Part shown: in pieces, positions 12,877-28,770 of the stretch
Layout: each line of letters opens with the position of its first letter
Position numbering within the stretch: position 1 is the stretch's first letter
NCBI RefSeq assembly: GCF_009914755.1
Contig: NC_060932.1
Length of the DNA: 64,000 nt
Origin: the human T2T-CHM13v2.0 reference genome, Homo sapiens
Direction: 5' to 3' (one strand)
The notes under the pieces: model-generated
Database searches by the model: none
Told to the model about the DNA's origin: nothing
The model's input: only the letters and a program-made list of their open reading frames with translations
Program-made: the position numbers and the translations under genes

Positions 12877-13329
12877 TGTATCAATTTCTTAGGGCTGCCG
12901 TAATAAAGTACCACAAACTGGGTGGCTTAAACAACAGAACAGTACTCTCTCACAGTTCTGGAGGCTGGAAGTCTGAGATCATAGTGTCAGCTAGGCAGTG
13001 CTCTCTCCGAAGCCTCTAGGGGGTGGGGCCTTCCTTGCCTCTTTCAGCTTCTATTGTCCCAGGTGTTCCTAGTTCGTGACAGCGTAACTCTAATCTCTGC
13101 CTCCATCTTCACGTCGTGTTCTCCCTGTATTTTTGTGTCTTCACATGGCTGTATTCTTATAAGGACACTGGTAATGTGGGATCAGAAGCCCATCTTACTC
13201 CGGCATGACCTCATCTTAACTAATTACATTTGCAAAGACCCCATTTCCACATAAGGTCATATTCTGAGGTACCAGAGGTTAGGATATCAACATTTCTTTT
13301 TTGAGGGGGAAACAATTCAACCCATAACA
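12877..13329 (-). mobile_element. MLT1B/C-like solo LTR
   Basis: TGTATCAATTTCTTAGGGCTGCCGTAATAAAGTACCACAAACTGGGTGGC...CAATTCAACCCATAACA. Confidence 0.88.
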
Positions 13330-13434
13330 CTGACCAAGTTTATGTGTCATATGTGTGTTATATTCCTGTAGTTATTTTTATATATTCTAGCTTTTATTTT
13401 TACTCCATTTCCATGGTCAGTCCAGATTGGTGCC

Positions 13435-15624
13435 TGATATTGTTTGGCTGTGTCCCCACCCAAATCTCAACTTGAATTGTACCTTCCAGAATTCCCATGT
13501 GTTATGGGAGGGACCCAGGGGAAGGTAATTGAATCATGGGGGCTGGTCTTTCCCATGCTATTCTCATGATAGTGAATAAGTCTCACAAGATCTGAGGGGT
13601 TTATCAGAGGTTTCGCCTTTGCTTCTTCCTCATTTTCTCTTGCTGCCACCATGTAAGAAGTGCCTTTTGCCTCCTACCATGATTCTGAGGCCTCCCCAGC
13701 CATGTGGAATGGTAAGTCCAGTTAAACTTTTTTCTTCCCAGTCTTGGGTATGTGCCTACAGAGAACTAATATAGAAAACTGGAACTAGTAGAGTGGGCAT
13801 TGCTGAAAAGATACCTGAAAATGTGGAAGCAGCTTTGGAACTGAGTAACAGGCAGAGATTGGATCAGTTTGAAGGGTTCAGAAGAGAGAGGAAAATGTGG
13901 GAAAGTTTGGAACTCCCTAGAGACTTGTTGAATAGCTTTGCCCAAAGTGCTGATAGCAATATGGACAATAAAATCCAGGCTAGGGTGGTCTCAGATGGAG
14001 ATGAGGAACTTGTTGGGAACTGGAGCAAATGTGACTCTTGTTATATTTTGGCAAAGAGACTGGTGGCATTTTGCCCCTGCCCTAGAGATTTGTGGAACTT
14101 TGAACTTGAGAGAGATGATTTAGGGTATCTGGCAAAAGAAATTTCTAAGCAGAAAAGAATTCAAGAGGTAATTTGGGTACTGTTAAAGGCATTCAATTTT
14201 ATAAGGGAAGCAGAGCATAAAAGTTTGGAAAATTTGCAGCCTGACTATTCAATAGAAAAGAAAAAAACATTTTCTGGGGACAAATTCAAGCCAGATGCAG
14301 AAATTTGTATAAGTAGCAAGGAGCCTCATGTTTATCCCCAAGATCATGGGGAAAATGTCTCCAGGCCATGTCAGAGAACTTCATGGCAACCCCTCCCATC
14401 AAAGGCCCAGAAGTCCAGGAGGAAAAAATGGTTTTGTGGGCTGGGCCCAGGGTCCTCATTCTGTGTGCAGCCTTGGGATTTGGTGCCCTGTGTCCCAGCT
14501 GCTCTAGCAATGGCTGAAAGGGTCCAATGTACAGCTTGGGCTATGGCTTCAGAGGGTGGAAGCCCTAAGCCTTGGCAGCTTCCACATGGTGTTGAGCCTG
14601 TGGGTGCACAGAAGTCAAGAACTGAGGTTTAGCAAGCTCCGCCTAGATTTCAGATGTATGGAAACACCTGGATGCCCAGGGAAAAGTTTACTGCAGGGGT
14701 GGGGCCCTCACAGAGAACCTCTGCTAGGGCAGTGCAGAAGGGAAATGTGGGGTCGGTGCCCCCACAAAGAGTCCCTACTGGGGCACTGCTTAGTAGAGCT
14801 GTGAGAAGAGGGCCACCATCCTCCAGACTCCAGAATGGTAGATCCACCGACAGCTTGCACCATGCACCTGGAAAAGCCACAGACACTCAATGCCAGCCCG
14901 TGAAAGCAGCCAACTGTACCCTGCAAAGCCACAGGGGCAGAGTTGCCTAAGACCAGGGGAACCCACCTCTTGCATCAGCGTGACCTGGATTTGAGACATA
15001 GTCAAAGGAGATCATTTTGGAGCTTTAAAATTTGACTGCCCCACTGGATTGTGGAGTTGCATGGGCCCTGTAACCCCTTTGTTTTGGCCAATTTCTCCCA
15101 TTTGGAACAGCTGTATTTACCCAATACCTGTATCCCATTGTATCTAGGAAGTAACTAGATTGTTTTTGATTTTACAGGCTCATAGGTAGAAGGGACTTGC
15201 CTTGTCTCAGATGAGACATTGGACTGTGGACTTTTGAGTTAATGCTGAAATGAGTTTAGACTTTGGGGGACTGTTGGGAAGCCATGATTGATTTTGGAAT
15301 GTGAGGACATGAGATTTTGAGGGGCTAGGAGTAGAATGATATGGTGAGGGACTTGGGGGAGGTAATTGAGTCATGTGGGGGCTGGTCTTTCCCATGCTAT
15401 TCTCATGATAGTGAATAAGTCTCACAAGATCTGATGGGTTTGTCAGGGATTTCTGCTTTTGTTTCTTCCTCGTTTTCTCTTGCTGCCACCATGTAAGAAG
15501 TACCTTTCACCTCCCACCATGATTCTGAGGCCTCCTCAGTCATGTGGAATGTAAGTCCAATTAAACCTTTTTCTTTCCTGTCTCGGGTATGTCTTTATCA
15601 GCAATGTGAAAACGGACTAATACA
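13435..15624 (+). mobile_element. Full-length THE1A MaLR element (5'LTR 13435-13773, internal region, 3'LTR 15337-15624)
   Basis: Two THE1A-type LTRs (TGATAT...CTAATACA/CTAATATA) flank THE1-int; 5-bp TSD GTGCC/GTGGC. Confidence 0.93.
13793..14632 (+). pseudogene. THE1 internal ORF remnant (279 aa, GTG start)
   Basis: RKMWESLELPRDLLN...VSDGDEELVGNWSK...AFCPCPRDLWNFELERDDLGYL is typical of the MaLR internal ORF. Confidence 0.75.
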
Positions 15625-16247
15625 GTGGCTTCCACAATATGTTCCTTGCCCAAATTCACAACCACATTTCCAATTAAAATGTAGTAGATGGCTGCTACTG
15701 CCATATTTACTTCAAAGACTATCTTACCTTTCAAATAATCTTTTCTAGTTTCTCTGATTTTAGTTCTATTTCCTGATACCTGGATCCTCACTCCCAGCAA
15801 AGTGGGTCTATTCTGATGATTGGCAGTGGATACTAAAGTTTTGTGTTGAAAAGCACTGGGAAGCCTTCAGGGCTCAGTGGAGAAGGACATCATGCTTATT
15901 TAATGATGTCTGCCACAGTCTTAGTGGTATTGTAGGGGCATGTGAGCAACATGCCAAGGATTTCCTGATTCTGAGCCTCTAGGGCCTTGCTGGTCTTGAA
16001 TTTGGTTTCCATCAAAATCTGTACACCTCACATTACTCCTTTCAACATCATGCATTGGAGCCCTTTGGAAGTAATAATAATAAATAGCTATTACTTAATG
16101 AAAATTTACTTTGTGCTGGAAACCGTGATGAACCTAATATATGTTACATAATTTAATTCCTAATTTAATTAACTATGCAGTTCTATTGGTAGGTAATATT
16201 ATTTCACCTTCACAGACAAGAAAAACTAAGAATTAAAATTATTTCCC

Positions 16248-16542
16248 AGCTGGGCACGGTGGCTCACACCTATAATCCCAGCACTTTGGGAGGCTAAGGC
16301 AGGTGGATCACCTGAGGTCAGGAGTTTGAAGCCAGCCTGGCCTACATGGCAAAACCCCATCTCTACTAAAATTACAAAAATTAGCTGGGCATGGTGGCAC
16401 GTGCCTGTGGTCCCAGCTACTCGGGACGCTGAGGCATGATAATCTCTTGAACCCAGGAGGTAGAGGTTGCGGTGAGCCAAGATCACACAACCACACTCCG
16501 TTGCAGCCTGGGTGACACAGCGAGACTCTGTCTCGAAAAAAA
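16248..16542 (+). mobile_element. AluSx-like inserted in a MIR
   Basis: GGATCACCTGAGGTCAGGAGTTTG; TSD AAAATTATTTCCCA; MIR-like flanks ~16085-16620. Confidence 0.92.
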
Positions 16543-16834
16543 TTATTTCCCAAAGTCATAGAGATAATTGTTGTAAAACTGGGATTTATAGCAGTTTCTG
16601 TCTGACGCCAAAGATTTTTCAAATCTGAGGTTCTGGACCATATCCCTTAGCCCTGTCTGACCCTCTGGAGTCTCTTACTTCCCAGCTGGCATCCTTCACA
16701 CTGAACTGTGCTTTGGTTGCACCTTTTACAAAATGTAAACTTAGCATGTGTTATTATGTGCAGAGTGGGACAAAGGATAGTTTGTTCCAGCCTGTATGTT
16801 TCCATGCATAATGCTTCTTAAAAGGGATACTTAT

Positions 16835-16989
16835 GAATAGCATTGCTGACTGAATAGTAACAACATTCCATTTTTGTTTATAATGTATTCTTGTAAGAAG
16901 ATCATCTATTAGTAACATTAATTGAAGCTGAATTTTTCATAAGGATTACACTTAAGTCTTGTTGGCAAGACTATGAGCTGTTTCATAGG
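16835..16989 (-). pseudogene. Candidate exon of decayed gene (donor apparently mutated)
   Basis: Acceptor CATCATTCTCTGCAG|CCTATG; reads PMKQLIVLPTRLKCNPYEKFSFN*; ends TTC|ATAAGT (GTAAGT with G>A). Confidence 0.4.
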
Positions 16990-17109
16990 CTGCAGAGAAT
17001 GATGTTATATTCTGGGATGTTTTTCAGACTTCCATGAACTATGACCCTACTAAGAAGTTCTTTTGTTAGAAGTGTATTATAAGTCACATGTTTACAAGTT
17101 AACTCTCAC

Positions 17110-17151
17110 CTCTTCTTTCACTATGAACATGCCTAGCAAAGCTCAAGCAAT
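17110..17151 (-). pseudogene. Candidate 42-bp exon of decayed gene
   Basis: TTATATCTCCTGTGCAG|ATTGCT...GAAGAG|GTGAGA; phase 0-0, IA*ALLGMFIVKEE. Confidence 0.5.
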
Positions 17152-17732
17152 CTGCACAGGAGATATAACATTTTAGGGATTTTGAACACAAAATGATTTC
17201 ATTTTGAGTTGACCTATAACAGTTTCTTCCTGTCTTAGGATTTGATAATCAAATAAATCAGCCATTAGCCTATCATAGGAATTGAATTTGCCTAAAATAT
17301 ATCATAACAAGGCCAATGGAAAACTATGTAAGGGTATTCAAGTATTTAGTAAGGAGAATACAGATCTGTCCCAAACTATGGCCATTTAGAGTGAGGGAAC
17401 TAAGGCAGAACCAGATAAAGGAAGTTAGGTTTCAAACTTAGCAAGTGAAATTTTATGCTTGGTGGATTACATGCTTCACTACAGGGATGTCTGAAGGCAG
17501 TGGCAGTGGGAGCTCTTGGTATATCCTTTTAGGTTACAGTGTACAATCCTCAGAAGGGAGATTTAGGTCCTGTGCAAAAGCACCAACACATATTGAAAAC
17601 ATTCACAAAGCTAAATTTCTTCCAAGTGGACTGTTAACTGCTAGACAACAACGTGCTCATTTACAATATAAAAATAAATGGGTCATTTAAACTAGGTTAC
17701 CATCAGATCAAAATGAGAATAGGGAGGCTTAC

Positions 17733-17792
17733 GTGAAAGAAGAAAAGGACAAAGGGAACAGTGAACCTGTAAACTCTGGTGTCTACAAATGT
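17733..17792 (-). pseudogene. Candidate 60-bp exon of decayed gene
   Basis: TCTTCACCCTCCCTGCCCTGCAG|ACATTT...TTTCAC|GTAAGC; phase 0-0, open: TFVDTRVYRFTVPFVLFFFH. Confidence 0.55.
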
Positions 17793-18786
17793 CTGCAGGG
17801 CAGGGAGGGTGAAGACACCTTAGACTGGGCACTTCTGAGCAGACCTTACATTTGTGGGTTTGCATCTCTCTGGAGGTGTTCTATGTGTCTGTGGGAGCAT
17901 GTGACTTGGTCAATATGACAAATGGCCACTAAGGAAATAAATAAAATTCACATTGAAGGAAAGAGCTAGCCAGGGAAAATCTGGGGCATAATCTTTTGAA
18001 TAAACAGCAGTAAGGAAGGCAGAATGATATTTTAAGTACACAAGAAGTGGCACAGAGGACAGCTTTCACACTTCAAGAGAGCTGTAAGAAAACTTGTGAT
18101 GTATGATGTTATTTGTGAGTACAAGAAGGAAGACCTCAGGAGTTTATGAAATACTTCTAAGAAATCAGATACATATATATGTGAAAGGAAGCATTTCATT
18201 ATATTAAGAGTGTCATTTGTACTATTTTATTATTAATAAAGGTCTAAATCTATTAGATGCCTTAAAAATACCATGCTGAAAGATTAAAACAGAAATAATA
18301 ACCTGCACATAGAAACTTTGATCTATAGCAATTCATAGTTATGCTTACGTATCTTTCAGTTGCTTATAGCTCATCCTACTTAAATAAAATAAAGGAAAAG
18401 ATCATCTAAAGAGCATAAAGTTTTCTACTGCTTTTTGTGAAAGGAAGAGATATGTTTCTTAAGTAGGAAAATAGCCTTATTAATATGTTAATGACAGTGA
18501 ATATACAAAACAAAACAAAAACAAAACTGTTGTGGAAGCCAGAGACAGACAGGCTTTAAAAGAATATACATGGAAAATAACACTTTGGGATAAATACATC
18601 ACTAATCAAAGCCCCAGCCCTAATAATTGGAAGTTTGATGAATAAGATGTATATGAAGGACAATATTCATGCCACTGAGATGGAGAGCATGTGGATTCCT
18701 GAAACACCATGTTCTTGCATGGAACAAGCATTTTATAAAACCCAAAAAGTCAATTTTTCATCTTGTTCTGCCCCTTTCACCCTTAC

Positions 18787-18964
18787 CAAAATGGATCCAA
18801 ATACAGAACACCTATTAATTCTGCTATTCTAAAATAAGCATTGAGTCATCCTTTTTCTTCTGGTTCAATCAACTCAGCTTCTTAGACTTCTCTTGAGCCA
18901 GGAAGCTTTACAGGCATTCATCATTTCTGATTCATTCATTCTTTTGTTCTGCATCTTAAAAGCT
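18787..18964 (-). pseudogene. Candidate exon of decayed gene (start at 18964 or 18828)
   Basis: Donor TTTG|GTAAGG; reads ...LNAYFRIAELIGVLYLDPF; an 88-bp intron to acceptor TTTCAG|G at 18698 completes Trp and continues NPHALHLSGMNIVL. Confidence 0.45.
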
Positions 18965-19594
18965 CTGCAGGTTTGGAATTGATAATAGAGTTGCAATCGC
19001 TTTCAAAAACAGTCAACAAATTATTCTTGAACACCAGAGTGGTGCACACAGCATGCCAAGAGTATAATGACCACAGGTGGGCTTACGTGGCTACTAAGTA
19101 CAAAGCCCTTATAGGAAATGGAAAAAAAAAATGGAAAACATGGCTCTGCCACTGAGGCTCTTCGAATTTGATTCTAATAGAAATGACTGTGTAGGACTGC
19201 ACAGACCAGCCCTAGGAAGTGAAGGCAAGCACAAATGCTCATCCTACTGGTCACTATTCATCTGCCTGTTCTGAAGCTGTGAACTATTCTCCTCTCCCAA
19301 GTTCACTGGATTTCAAAATTCCAAACCCCCAAAACGTCTTTGGGCAATCCCAATGTTAATGGAATGGGTCCTGATAGGCTACCTTTTGTTTAATTGGAAA
19401 GGCAATACACACGTTTTGTTTTAAAAATTTAAATAGTAAAAAGGAGTTTTTAGTGAAAAGTATATTCCTGTCCTCCCCACCCTAGATTTCCAGGCTCCCC
19501 CTCCAGGGATAATCATTACTTTCACATTCTTGTAACTAGAAAAATTCTACTGCAGTATAAAAATAGATAAATAGCTCCACCCCCCACTTAAAAA

Positions 19595-21699
<2,105 letters not shown>

Positions 21700-21700
<1 letters not shown>

Positions 21701-23700
21701 TGTCTTCTGATTAGTACTAATACTGCCTATTTTTTTGTTTATTTTAGCCTATTTGTGTCTTTATATCTTAAGTGCATTTCTTATAGGTAGTTTATTGTTG
21801 GATCTTGCTTTTTCATCTACTTTGACAAGCTCTGCTTTTTAAATGGGAGTATCTAAACCACTTATATTTAATTTATTTATATCATTAGTTCTAAATTTAC
21901 CATATTTCTGTTTGTTTTCTGTTTGTCCAATTCATTCTTTCTTCCCTTTTTCCTCTTTTCTGTATTTTGTATTTATTGTAAATGTATTACGATTCAATTT
22001 TATCACCTTTTTAATATAACACTTAAAAAATTTTACAGGTTGCTTTAAGGGTCATAATGTAGTTAAATGGTGAGCCAAATATGACATGCACACTGTATTG
22101 TATCACCCATGAGCTGAGAATGAGTCTTACGGTTTTTAAAGGGTTGTAAAACGAAACAAAGGAATTATGCAACAGACTCTATTTGACACACGAAGCATAA
22201 AATATTTGCTATATGGACTTTTATAAAAAACATTGCCAACTCCTATTGTAGAAATAAGTGTACCCAATTTTTAAAATCTTTTCATTTTTATGATGATACC
22301 CACAATTCTTTCCTAATATTCTATATTTGTGGGTTTTTTTATTTTAATTAAATAGGCTTGCAAGAATTTGAGTAACTTTATTAGTTTTTCTGAAGAACTG
22401 GCTCTTATTTTTATTATTTCATTTTATCTTCTTTGTTGGCTTGTTAATTATAACTCTTTGTTTTCTTATCTTATGGTTAATTTAGGGTTTTATGATGTAC
22501 ATATTTAACTTATCAAATTCTACCTTCAAATGATAGTATACCACTTCACATATAGTATATGAACCTTACAACAACATACTTTGATTTCTGCTGATCTATT
22601 TATTTTTTAAAAATTCACTTCTCTCTCTGTACTTAATTTTGGATAGTTTCTATTGCTATCTCTTCAAGTTCGCTATTTTTTTTTTTCTTCTGCACTGTCT
22701 AAATTGAGGCTAAACTATTCTAGTGATTTCTTCATTTTAAATCTCGTACATTGTGGTTTTCATCTACAGAAGTTTGATTTGGAATTTTAAAATATTTTCT
22801 GTGTCCATGCTCTACTTTTATCTTTTGAACACATGGAATATAGTTATATATACCCTTTTTATATTTTTGTGTACTAATTCTAATATCTGTGTTAGATCTG
22901 GGTTAATTCCAAGTGATTGGTTTATCTACTCATTATGGGTCATATTTTCTAGTTTGTTTGCATACCTGGTAATTATTGATTATGAGATTCCAGACATTGT
23001 AAATTTTACCTTGTTGGGTGCTATATGTATTTTTTGTTCCTATAAATACTTTTGAACTTTTCTGTGATGTAGTTAAGTTAGTTGAAAACAATTTATCATT
23101 TCAATTGTTGCTTTTAAGATTTGTTAAGTGTGAGCAGAACATTGCTAAGTCCAAGGCAAATGGTTCTGCATTTCTGATACAAGATGCTCCTGTGTTCTCT
23201 ATCCAACATCCTGTGACTCTTGAGACCTTACAGTTTGACTGGTGGGAAGAGGGCACTATTTTCAGCTCTATATGAGCAGAAGGCACTGCTGCCTTTAATC
23301 CTTTGATATGACTCTTTCTTTGGCCACAGGTACATGCACTAACCATGACTCATCTGAATACTTGAAGACCCCTTTTGAAGACTTTCAGACTTCTCTCTCT
23401 GTGAACTCTCTCTACTCTAGTGCTTTGTTCTGTGAGCTTTCACTGTCTAGGTTTTCCCAGACTCTCATCTCCATCTTTTTAAGGAGTCCACCAGGTTTTG
23501 CTTGAGTTCCCCTGGCCACTCCCGTGGACTGTGGCCTGGAAATGCTCTCAAGGCAAGAAGCTGAAGCAATAGTTGGGCTCATCTCATCTGTTCTCTTCTC
23601 CCAGTGGTTGCTATTCTTCACTGCCTGGTTTGAATGTCTTTTGGTTGTTTCAGGTAGGAGAATAAATCCAGTCACTTTCAATGTATCTTGGCCAGAAGTG
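21700..23700 (-). mobile_element. Degraded old L1M fragments with a MER58-like piece at ~22065-22245
   Basis: T-rich antisense L1-like text; CCATGAGCTGAGAATG...AAAGGGTTGTAAAA...TAAAATATTTGCTAT resembles MER58. Confidence 0.6.
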
Positions 23701-26394
23701 TAAGTTTACACTGTTCTTTTTAACTTTTACAAAGTATTTCATTTTATGAATGTGCTGAATTTTTTTTAACCAATTTTGATTTAATTGATGATGTTTGGGC
23801 TAATTTTTTTGTATGTTATTATTGCAGAAAAATGCTATAGTGAAAACCATTGCCTCATTGTGAATACAGCTATATCATATTTTAGAAGCTAAATTCCTCC
23901 AACAAAATGTGTATGAATTTTAAATTTTGATTAACATTAAAAAATTGCCCATCAAAAGTTTATACCAATTTTCATCCCAATAAAAACGTCTGCGAAAATG
24001 TATTTCTCTAGAGATCATCTCTCAGATTCCCATTTTCTGTCCCATCTAAATGCTTGGTAAATACGAAAGAATGTATGGAGAAAAGTTTTAAAATTTCAAA
24101 GAATCTTAGTATTTGAGTTTTTTCTCTTATACCTGTTATAAATGATTCTAAATTTGCCCCTCACTTGCCCATACACATATACACATTCTGTTAACAACAC
24201 ATAATTTATATATTATTTAATTCTCATAGCATTATCAGACAGAGATTATTACTATTTCAAACTTACAGATGAGAAAATTAAGGCACATAGACATCTAGTA
24301 ACATCTAAGTTCATGTAGTTTTATCCAGAGGTTCTTGGACTTCCTGTCTGATTGCCACCCCTGCAAAATCTGCAGCTGGTCTTGTCTTGTTCTCAGTTTT
24401 GGCTGCCCTTCCTCTATCCTTCAGTGACTCATGGGAGCCTATGACTCTGCCTTAGCCTGGAAAGAGGAGGATCTAATTAGAACTCTAACTCCACTCCTGG
24501 TGTCCTACCCTTGCCTTGTCTATACCCGTCAGGGTGTCTGGAGGGGTCCCAGGATTTTCCATGCATCAGAACTTGCTGCTTGTACTCTGTCCACCAGTTC
24601 TGCCCTCTTGAGATACACTGTTTCCTGAAACCTTGTGAATAAAAGAAAGTTTTTCTCTTGCCTGTGCTACTGGCTTCCTGCCATCCCACCCTGACCTTGC
24701 AGAGAGACCTCCATCACCTCTTGCTGACTCTTCCACTGTTTCTGGCACCAGGAGAGTCTATTCTTTCTTCTCTTTGTGTTTTTCACTACTATAAATCTTG
24801 CATTTTTTCCCCTGAGCAAATCCTGACTTTTCTCTTCTGATGGAACTTCCTAATGATGTAGTTATTGCCAGAATACTAAGTCAGTATCTATCTTTACATG
24901 AGGCCAGTTTCTCTGATGCATCAGTCCTACCTGGAACATTGACTCCATGCCCTTCTAGTGCATTTTGGGTCAAGCACATCATTTTATTCGTCTTCCCCAC
25001 ACCATCAGCATTTTTATTCCCTCACACAGCATCAGCTCCTATTATCATCAGAAAGAGGATCACCATCCTTGCAGTTTAAAATCCAATTCTGTTTATCTTT
25101 TCTCTTTCTTGGCAGCTGAGCTGGGACTCTGCCTGGATATAACTTATGGCCTATTCTATATGGAAAGTTGGTTTTCTCACAGTTCCACTCCCTTTCCAGA
25201 TATCAGCAAATGGCCCTCCTAGCCCAGAAGTCTCCAGAGAGGTATTTATAATAGTCAAATTAGTGCAAATTTATAATTCTTTATCTTTAAACATTTGGAA
25301 ATTGAAATAAAAATAGTTTCCCAGAGCCTTTTGCTGCAATGAAATTGGTAATCTTATTCCAAAGGTTTTTATGCAGAGTTAACATGACCAGGCAATTTTA
25401 CATGCAGTAGAAATAGAAAAAGAATTGAAGTTGTTAACCAATAACAGAAAGTGTTTAATTTAGATTTAAGGAAGAAGACTTTATGTATGGAAATTTTTGA
25501 AGAATGGGATTAAACCTATTTTAGTTTCCTGCCTTGGGCATCATGAGCAATTGCACTGTGGAGTAGGAAGAGTTGAGATAGTTGGCCATCCTAGCTTCCC
25601 TGAAAGTCATGCTCCTTAGGACAGGGATGGGTGCCTGCAGGAGAGTTTGTTCTCACTGTTCCTGGCCATAGTAGATTGGTCATAGGAAGACAACTGGCTA
25701 AAACAAGAACAATAAATTTAATTCTTAGAAATGTGCCATTGGAATTTAGAGAGCACAGCCTGTTACCTGGGACACCGGGTTTGGAAGCAGTACAAACCTA
25801 GGGGTGATGGCATTGCCCATCATGTGCCCCAAGGAATAGCCAAAGTTAATTCTGGAGTATGAAAAAATCAGCCTATACAAACAGAAATACAAGAGCGAAT
25901 GACGATGGTGCCGAGGAGAGCAGAGACTGACCAGTTCCTGTGAAACCTGGCTGTCCTTCCTGATTGTAGGTTACAGGCAAATCCCTGGTGTCCTCCCAAT
26001 ACATTGCACATACTGTATTGTTATGCTGAATGTGTTCTGTAGCTTGCAATTAAACGACATTTAATGCAGAGAGAGGTAAATTATAACATTTTGGATCATT
26101 TAGGAGAAACCACCCTGAAAGCAGAAGGAATTAATAACATTGGAAGTTTTCTTCTCTTGATATAATTGAGTGAAAAGTACTGTTCTTAGCTAAAGGTTAA
26201 CTTGCATAGGTACAGCTATCTTATGCAGGACTCCTATCTTGAAAATGGGTAAAAATAACATTTTAAGTAAAAAGTATATGATAATAGTGTTACATTCTGC
26301 TACTAAAAATCCCAATAATAATTTTAATCCTATATTTATTGAATACTTAGTATTTATCAAGTATGTAAACACTTTGCATGCATTTGCTCTACTA

Positions 26395-27597
26395 CTGTCA
26401 TGGGTCACTTAAGGACGAGGATATCTTATGGGAAATGTGTCATTAGGCGATTTTGTCATACGAACATTGTAGAGTGAACTTACACAAACCTAGACGGTAT
26501 AGCCTACTACACACCTAGGCTATTTGGTATAGCCTATTGCTCCTAGGCTACAAACCTGTACAGCATGTTACTGTATTGAATACTGCAGGCAATTGTAACA
26601 CAGTGGTAAGTATGTATCTAAACATATATAAACGTAGAAAAATTACAGTAAAAATATGGTATAAGATAAAAAAATGGTGCCACTATATAGGGAACTTACC
26701 ATAAATGGAATTTGCAGGACTGGAATTTCCTCTGGATGGTCAATGAGTGAGTGGTATGTGAATGTAAAAACCTAAGACATTACTGTGCACTGCTATAAAT
26801 TTTATAAATACTGTACACTTAGGCTACATTAAATTTATAAAAAAGTTTCTTCAATAATAAAGTAACCTTAGTTTACTGTAACTTTTTCAATTTATAAGCT
26901 TTTAAGTTTTTAAAAACTTTTTGATTGTTTTGTAATAACACTTAGCTTAAAACACACATTGTACAGTTGTGCAAAAATGTTTTCTTTTTTGATAGCCTTA
27001 TCCTATAAGGTTTTATTCTATTTTTAAACATTTTTATTTTTATTTCACTTTTTAAACTTTTTTGTTAAAAACTAAGACACAGACACATACATTAAACTAG
27101 GCCTACACAGGGTCAGGATCATCAATATCACACTGTCTTTTGCCTCCACATCTTGTCCCACCCGAAGGTCTTCAGGGGCAATAACACATATGGGAGCTGT
27201 CATCTCCCATGATAACAATGCCTTCTTCTAGAATACCTCCTGAAGGATCTGCCTAAGGCTGTTTTACAGTTAACATTTTTTATATTAATAAGTGGAGCAT
27301 ACTCACAAATAATAAATAGTATAATAAATTCATAAACCAGTAACACAATCATTTATTATCAAGTATTGGGTACTATATATAATTGTGTGTGCTATACTTT
27401 TATATGACAGTCATCACAGTAGGTTTGTTTATACCAGCATCATCACAAAAACATGAATAATGCATTGTCCTACAATGTTACGGGGCTACAATATCACTAG
27501 GGGATACAAATTCTTCAGCTCCATTAAAATCTTATGAGACCACCATGGTATATATAGTCCTTCTTTGACTGGAATGTCATTATGTGCTGCATAGCTG
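26395..27597 (-). mobile_element. Tigger3b-like DNA transposon
   Basis: ~1.2 kb, TA on both sides, degenerate CAGTCATG-type TIRs, internal CCTACTACACACCTAGGCTA...GGCTACAAACCTGTACAGCATGTTACTG. Confidence 0.9.
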
Positions 27598-27859
27598 TAT
27601 TTCAACTTCATAGCATGAGGACTATTTTTGCCTTGATATTGTTATATGATTAGAAATATGAGGTAACCTCAGAATAAATTATCTTATTCCTATTTCAGAA
27701 GAAAGACCAATAGAAGGACCAAATATGATATGGTCTCTATGCCATGTGTCATCTTCTGGTTATAATATAGTTTGTGGATTTCTTAAAATGGCCAAGTCAA
27801 GCAAAATACACATAGCCTGACCAATGGAGTGATATCATTAGCTTCTATATTCTAGACAA

Positions 27860-28770
27860 TACATTTCAATTAATTAATTAATGCACTCATAAGTCAACAA
27901 AGATTTAGTTGAAATCTAATGGAATTAGATTGGATGAAATCTATATGGAAGATATTCTACTGAGTGCTAGGGGAGTAAAAATAAATTAGAAATAGTGGTG
28001 GAAGGATACATACAAACAGGCAAGTGTTATTGCAAAAGTTAGAGCAAAGAACTGTGGCTGCACATTTTCTAGGAGGAAATCAGAAGTAGATGCTTGGGAG
28101 GTGTCAGGAAAGCTGAATATGGGTGTATCAAGAGTGGCAGAGGAGGAGAAGCACTTCAGGCAGAGGGAATACACAAGCACAAAAGCACAAAGCCTTGTGG
28201 TATTTTCAGAACAGCAGTTCTTTGTTGCTGGAGTAAAGACGTGTATGTACTAGAAGTCAAGTCCTACATGGACATGAGACTGGCATGTGTCTTTTATACT
28301 AAATAATGAGTCCGCCCTTAGTCCTAAATACCACCATGAGAACAGAGTTTATAAAGTTAGGACTGACAAATGCCCATTTGTTTATCTGAAGGTAACTGAC
28401 AGCTGTAGGGAGACTGGACTGAAGTCACGAAAATGAGAAAGCTGGTATAGAAGTCTAGAGACTGGAAACAGTGGGGCTTGAAAAAGGCAAGGACAATGGA
28501 GTACAGAAATAAAATTGGGTATTCAGGTGATGTCTTGAGATAGAATCAGCATGATTTAGTGATGCATTAAACATGGGACGGGAAGGAGAAATGTGATAAT
28601 TCCAAGGCTCCTAGCTGAGATCCCTGTGGGCAGTATACCGATAACCAAAGAAAGAACAGAGGAGTTCAAACAGTTTCACAGGGAGATTGGGAAGGTAACA
28701 GGATTAGGCTTTGGCAAACTGCATTTGAGGAACATGTGGAATAGGCAGCTGGAGATGTCTAGCAGCCAAT
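27860..28770. mobile_element. L2 fragments
   Basis: Diverged L2-like motifs (TTCTAGGAGGAAATCAGA, GGCAGCTGGAGATGT). Confidence 0.55.

Noticed and set aside
24930-25241. Overlapping exon candidates (plus 25116-25241; minus ~25131-24930)
   Set aside because: Each has one weak splice site and no neighbouring exon to test phase; the plus-strand one shows such patterns can arise by chance
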